The notes under the pieces are model-generated. The model was not told the DNA's origin. It ran no database searches and saw only the letters and a program-made list of their open reading frames with translations. Source: a virus (taxonomy: Duplodnaviria; Caudoviricetes). Taken from it: a stretch of DNA of 64,000 nucleotides. A program made the position numbers and the translations under genes. Numbering within the stretch: the stretch's first letter is position 1; the number at the start of each line of letters is the position of its first letter. Location of the stretch: positions 64,001-128,000 of the IMG/VR virus record IMGVR_UViG_3300032232_001415. One strand, given 5' to 3'. Of this stretch, positions 41,801 to 47,800 are shown piece after piece.

Positions 41801-44800
41801 GCAGCAACTCCGGCGCCCTTTGCTCCTCCTATTGATGATCCAATATTTTCAGCAGCCATCGGAATAGCAAATGCTGCTGCTAGTCCTTTATTTTGCCAAC
41901 TTGAAGTACTGTTTCTTCTAGCTTCTATTTGATCTTCGGTTAAAACTTTACCAGTTAATGTTGTTTTGCCAGTTACAAATCCTTTAACATTCTTTAGCAT
42001 TCCTCCTGTTGTGCTAGCGGTTACCGAAGCGGCCTTGGATATTTGTTGGAAAAATCCAGCAGACTGCTTAGCGCTATTAGTCATGCTATTCACTATTTGA
42101 TCTAAACGCGCCTGAGACATAGTAGAAGAAGATCTATTAATAAAAGGCGGAGGAGCAGCAATCTGACTTCCCCTAACTCGTCCTTCTGCTGGACCAAACA
42201 ATGATTCATATTGATAAGTATATCCTATACCCCTATTTGGAGCAGAGGCTTCAAAAGCTTCTTGGCTGCCTCTAGTACCAACTTTTGTTGTATCTGCTCC
42301 TGGTCCTGTGATTCTACGATTACCTTTTACTCTGCCTCGTTCGTCAACCTCAAATCCTCCAACAACATCTCCTCTGGAGGCTGCTCTTCTTTCTAGTCTT
42401 GCTTGTTCTATATCTGCTCTGTTTACAGGTATGGCAGTAGAAGCTTTTTGTTCATCAGTTAATCTACTACCGCTAGAAGTTTTCAATTGTTGAGGAACCA
42501 TAGACGTTGGTCCCTTAGGAGGACCTTGTATACTATCTGTAACTTCTTTTCTAGCCTTATCCAAAGCTTCTCCAAGACTCATTCCTCCCTTAATTAATTG
42601 TGCCGCAAGTTTTTTAGCCTGTTGCTCAAGACCCATATCATCCAAACTTTTTGTAAGTCCTCCATCAACAAATTTTTGCACAGTACCGACACTTCCACCC
42701 TTATTAAATCCTAGTATTTTATCAGCACGATTTAATTTATTTAATCTTGGTAATCCTATACTTTGTGCCGCTCTTTTATTAATAACAAATTCACCAGGAG
42801 TTAAAAGAGCAGCAACAGTATCTTCTGAATGTCCTCCACTAGCAAATTTTCTAAACATTCCAGAATAACCCACTTTGCCGCCAGTATGAAATTTTGCCAC
42901 TTCTTTTGACTCTGGAATTCCATATTGTTGTCTAAAATATCTTTGAAATTCTTTTATGGCTTTTCCTCTGCTTCCACTATCAATGGTTCTTTTAACTTCT
43001 GTGGGGATATTAGGATCAATACCAAATATTTTTGCTGCTTTAGGCCCAATACCCATTGGGAAGTCAATTGGGCGAGTTCTTAAAGCATCATCTAATATTG
43101 TAGCATCTGCTGATCCAAAAATTTGCTCTAATAAAGCACCCTCAATATTACCTTGTCCTAATGTTTCTCGTTGTTTTTTTGTTAATTTCTTGGGAGATAT
43201 TCCCAGAAGTTTGGATGCTCCTCCTACAATTTCTTCTGTTTTTCCACTAAGATAATCAATTACATTTTGATATTGATTTGGTAAGCCTCTTTGAACTATT
43301 GAAGCATCTATTGATCTTTCTTGTCCAGATGAATCGACTCCAAGATTCCAAGTTTCTGGCCCTAATAGTCCAGTATAACCCAACGGATTTAATCCAACTA
43401 GCCCCAACTGCTGAGACGATAACACCGCACTAGTAGTATCTGATAATGCTTGTGCTGATTTGGTTCCTTGAGATTCATTAAATTTTTGTATTAAGTAATC
43501 TCTAGTAGCAAAATAATATGCTTGTTTTTCGGGATTAGTTGCTGGAGGTAAGCTGGTTTGCCAATATTTTAATTTACCTCCATCAGCAGTGTCTCTTACT
43601 GTTTTTCCTCCGAATGGACCAAAACTTGGATCACTTGGTAGTCTTTCAGATCCAAATCTTTTTAATATCTCTGTTCCTTGTGTTGGTAATATTCCAGAGG
43701 ATTTCTTGACCTGGGTGGCCTTTTCTACATTTTGTAGTATTGCCGCTTCTAGTCCAGAAGGCATCGCTGTTGAAACTCCTCCAAATTCACCACTCATCTG
43801 TTCTGATAATTGCGATGCTATAGCTTCCTTTGTTATATCTGATGGCTGTGCGGATACTGAGGATTTTCTTGACGGATCTATTCCATAAGTTTCTGGATAT
43901 TTAGCAGATAATGCTCTGATTATATTATGCGCCCTATATCCAAATGCTCCTTTAGACACTCTGTCTCTTTTATCTCTTATCTGTTTAACTTGATCAGCTA
44001 TTTCTGGATAATTCTTCTTTAAATCAGCACTAACATTACCATAAGGACCACCAGGAGCATTTGATAATATTTCTGTAACCTCAGTATTGGATCGTGCTTT
44101 ATCTTGATCAACAAATTTTTGTATTTCTTCAATTAGCATAGGAACCATAGTGCTACGATTACGTAATTGTGCTCTATTGCCCATTAATACTGATGCTATA
44201 TCAGGATGCAAGAGGCTAGTTAGTGTTTTATCATCGCCATGAAATAACGCATCTCTAACTTTGGTAGCGCTAATATCTTCTATTCTAGGAATGTCTTTAA
44301 CATCTATTCCTGCTCTTTGGTATTTACCTAATGTTTTATCATCTTTACCAGAAGTTATTGCCATAGCTCCTTTTAGTTTAGCGAATTTTCTTCTATCTCC
44401 ACTACCAGCAACTTCCATAAATTTTGATAAACCGCCAGCAGGCTGACCTTGAGTGCTAATCATAGCATTTCCAAAATTAATTTGGCTGAATAAAGCTCTT
44501 AAATCTTCTTGAAAAATACCATATCGTGCAGCATGATCTATTCCTTCTTTACCAACAACCATTGGAAGATCCGTGGCAACATTAACAACAATATCTTCTA
44601 AAGAAGCGTTTGGATTTTTAGCTAACATATTCTCTAATAAGGTATCTAATGCTCCTCTGTGTCCTCTGGTTGGAGGAGCAAAACCGCCCATATAAAATCC
44701 ACCAGCCTGAACCATTTCCGGTAATTCACTATCTTTTTTACGTCTTAAACCAAAACTATCTTTTTTTCTTCCAAGAACAGTGGCTTTTTTACCCAATTCG

Positions 44801-47800
44801 TCTCGTAGTATAGTTTCTTCCAAAGCAAAATCAGCGTCAGCTCCTCTTGTGGTTCCTGGTTTACGACCATATAAGCCTTCTCCTGTAGTATCTCTACTAT
44901 CTCTATTTAATCTAATCTGATCTTGCTCACCTCTATTATTAGAACTTAATACATATGCTCTATCAACATCTTTTAAATAAGCATCTAGCTTAGACTGACT
45001 AGCTGTGGAAGTTAATACAATGACTTCATTAACTTTTTCTATATCTTCGGGCGTTAATATTTGAGAGCGAACTGTTTTTCTTAAAGTCGCATCATCAGTT
45101 GCTCCTTTGCCAGTTGCCAAACTACTTTTTCCACTTCCAGCAGCTCCAGCAATAGCTCTAAACTTAGATAATGATCCAGTTTTTCTGGCTTTAGCAGCTA
45201 ACTCTCCAAGCTTTGTTGTATAATCACTAACATCTGTTATTCCAAGTTTTTCCATTGCTTTATCAACAATACTAGCATTTGCAGGATCTCTTAAAACATC
45301 AGTATCAACTATCCCGATATTTCTTAATACCTGTCCTCCAGCACCATAAGCTTGTCTTTTAATACCAGCATTACTGAATAATTCATTTAGCGTAGAATCT
45401 AAAATTCCCTGCATATTAGAGTCTAGTTTAGGAGCGTTCTGAATAAGAGTAGTTAAAAATTCTTCTTTACCATAATCTTCTACTTTTCCTATCGTATCTT
45501 GTCTCTGTCCACCTTTTAACAGTATCTCATTAATTTTTGGATTGATTGGTCGATACTCTCTAGCATTTTTCTTTTGTCCAGACTCTACCCACATAGAGTA
45601 TGCTTCTTTAGATAGTTCAGGATTTGCGCCTCTTCCCCCGAAGTTCATAGTTTCTTGTCTCAAATTTTGTAAAACAGTATCAAGTAAACCATTCTTATAA
45701 GAGCGTCCATAAACAACATCAGCACTATTATAACTTCCACCCAATGCATCAAATGCGTCTGCAAGACCATCATTGTCTCCATTAAATAATTGAGACACTC
45801 TTTCTTTATATTTTGTAAAACTATCTTCTGATTGGGTTCGTAAAGAATTCAATAATTGATGTGTTAATTCATGATATAAAACATTTTTTGGTTGATTACG
45901 ATCAAAAGCATTACTAGCCATCGAAACAAATCCTCGACCTGTTGATTCTAAAATGCCCTTCTTTTGCTCCATAAGACCTTTACGAGCAACTGCTTTTTTG
46001 CTCATTATATCTGATACTTTCTTACCCAATGCCATTTTTTCATCCATAGATTTATTAAAAGCCACAGTATCATAACTGAATGATCCATCTTCATATGTTG
46101 TTACTGGTGTTTTTAAGATTTTTTTGGTTTCTTTTGTTTTTTCATCTAGTAGTTTTTGGTATCCAAATAAATCTTGTTCATCAGCTTGTGTGAATCCAAA
46201 AGGTTCTAATCCTTTATCGTCATATCCCTGAGCCCCAAAAGGATCTCTACTAAATTTTCCACGATATCCATAAGTTTGTAATTTACCACCAAAATCTATA
46301 GTTTGTGGTAAAACTTTACTTAAGTCTTCTTCTGGTAATCCTATAAATTTAGCAAAATCTGATAGATTACCCAATAATTCATTACGGCTAATTTTGGTAT
46401 TAAATAAACTTAAAAATCTTTTACGATCAAAAGGTTCGCTCTGGAATTTTTGTTGTACTTCTGCAGGATCGACCGTTATTCTTTCATTGGTAGGATAAGG
46501 ATCGAAAGCATTATTTACTCTTTCTAGATCTAGTTTTTTCTGCAATTCTTTAGCATAAGCATTAGTAATACGCTTAGGAAATTTTGTCTCTCCTGTTCCA
46601 AAGGGTATAGCTTCTGCTTTTCCTCCAGCCATAAATTTTTGAATCATTCCTCCAATATTTTTCTTTTGTATTTTTGAAGATCCAGCTGGAGAAAAGTCTT
46701 TAATTGTCTCTTCAACAGTTTTTCCAGGAAATCTTTTTTTATATTCTTCTTTTGTCATTGAGCTAGCAGCGCCACTACCATATGGTACTGCTAATCCAGA
46801 ACTCATTAATTTATTAGCTAATTCATTATCTTCTAATAAAATTCTACCATATTTTTCATTTTTTTTATTTCCTGATGGTCTCAATAATTTTAATATATCT
46901 TGATTAGATTTTGTTTTATAATGATCTGTAGCAACTTCTTTAGCTTTTAAGCCCAATGTTTTTTGCCAACTATTTTTTCTTCCTCCTTTATTTGTTACTT
47001 CAAAAGCATCAACTCCTAAGAGTCTTGTTCCTGTATCAAAAGGATCATCTGTTGGAGTTACATTGATATTCAATGTATCTCCATCAGTAACTCTATTTAA
47101 GTTATTGACAGAAACTATTCCTCCAATAGCATATTTTTTTCTTTTTCTTGATGCTCCAGACTTAATAGTGCCTCCAATTCCATATTTATTCATTCTATGT
47201 AAATTACTAGCCCCTATAGTCTGCACAGCCCTTTTGCGTATAACAAATTCTCCAGGCTCTAACATTGCTGGAACAGTATCTCCATCACCGCTACCAGGAA
47301 CAACTCCTCCTCTGGCAAATTTATGTATCATTCCACCACTATTTTTTTTTGTTGTTCTTAAACCTCCTGCAAAACCGGTTGCAAATTGACCTAAAGCACT
47401 TACTCCTCTAATAGCAGTAATAGCAGTTAGTGCTGGAATAACACCCTTAGCAGCATCTGCTATTCTTATAAGTCCACTAGTTAAATCAAGAGACATTTTA
47501 ATAAAGTTTTGGAATCCACTATCATTTCCAATTGATCTAATTAAAGCTGTAAACTCTTCTCTTACTTTTGTAAGCTGAACAGCAAATGCTTGTTGTGCTG
47601 TGGTAGCATCTCTTGCCAATGAACCTTGTCCTCTTTGAGCAACTACCAATGCTTGTTGTGCTGTTGCAAATTCTTGAATAAGTGGTATAACTTTACCAAT
47701 TTGTCGGAATCCACCAAGTTCTTCAACTATTCTACTAAATCTTAGATCTCTAGGATCTAATTGACTAAGACCAGCACTTAGTCTTTTAACAGCTTCATAT

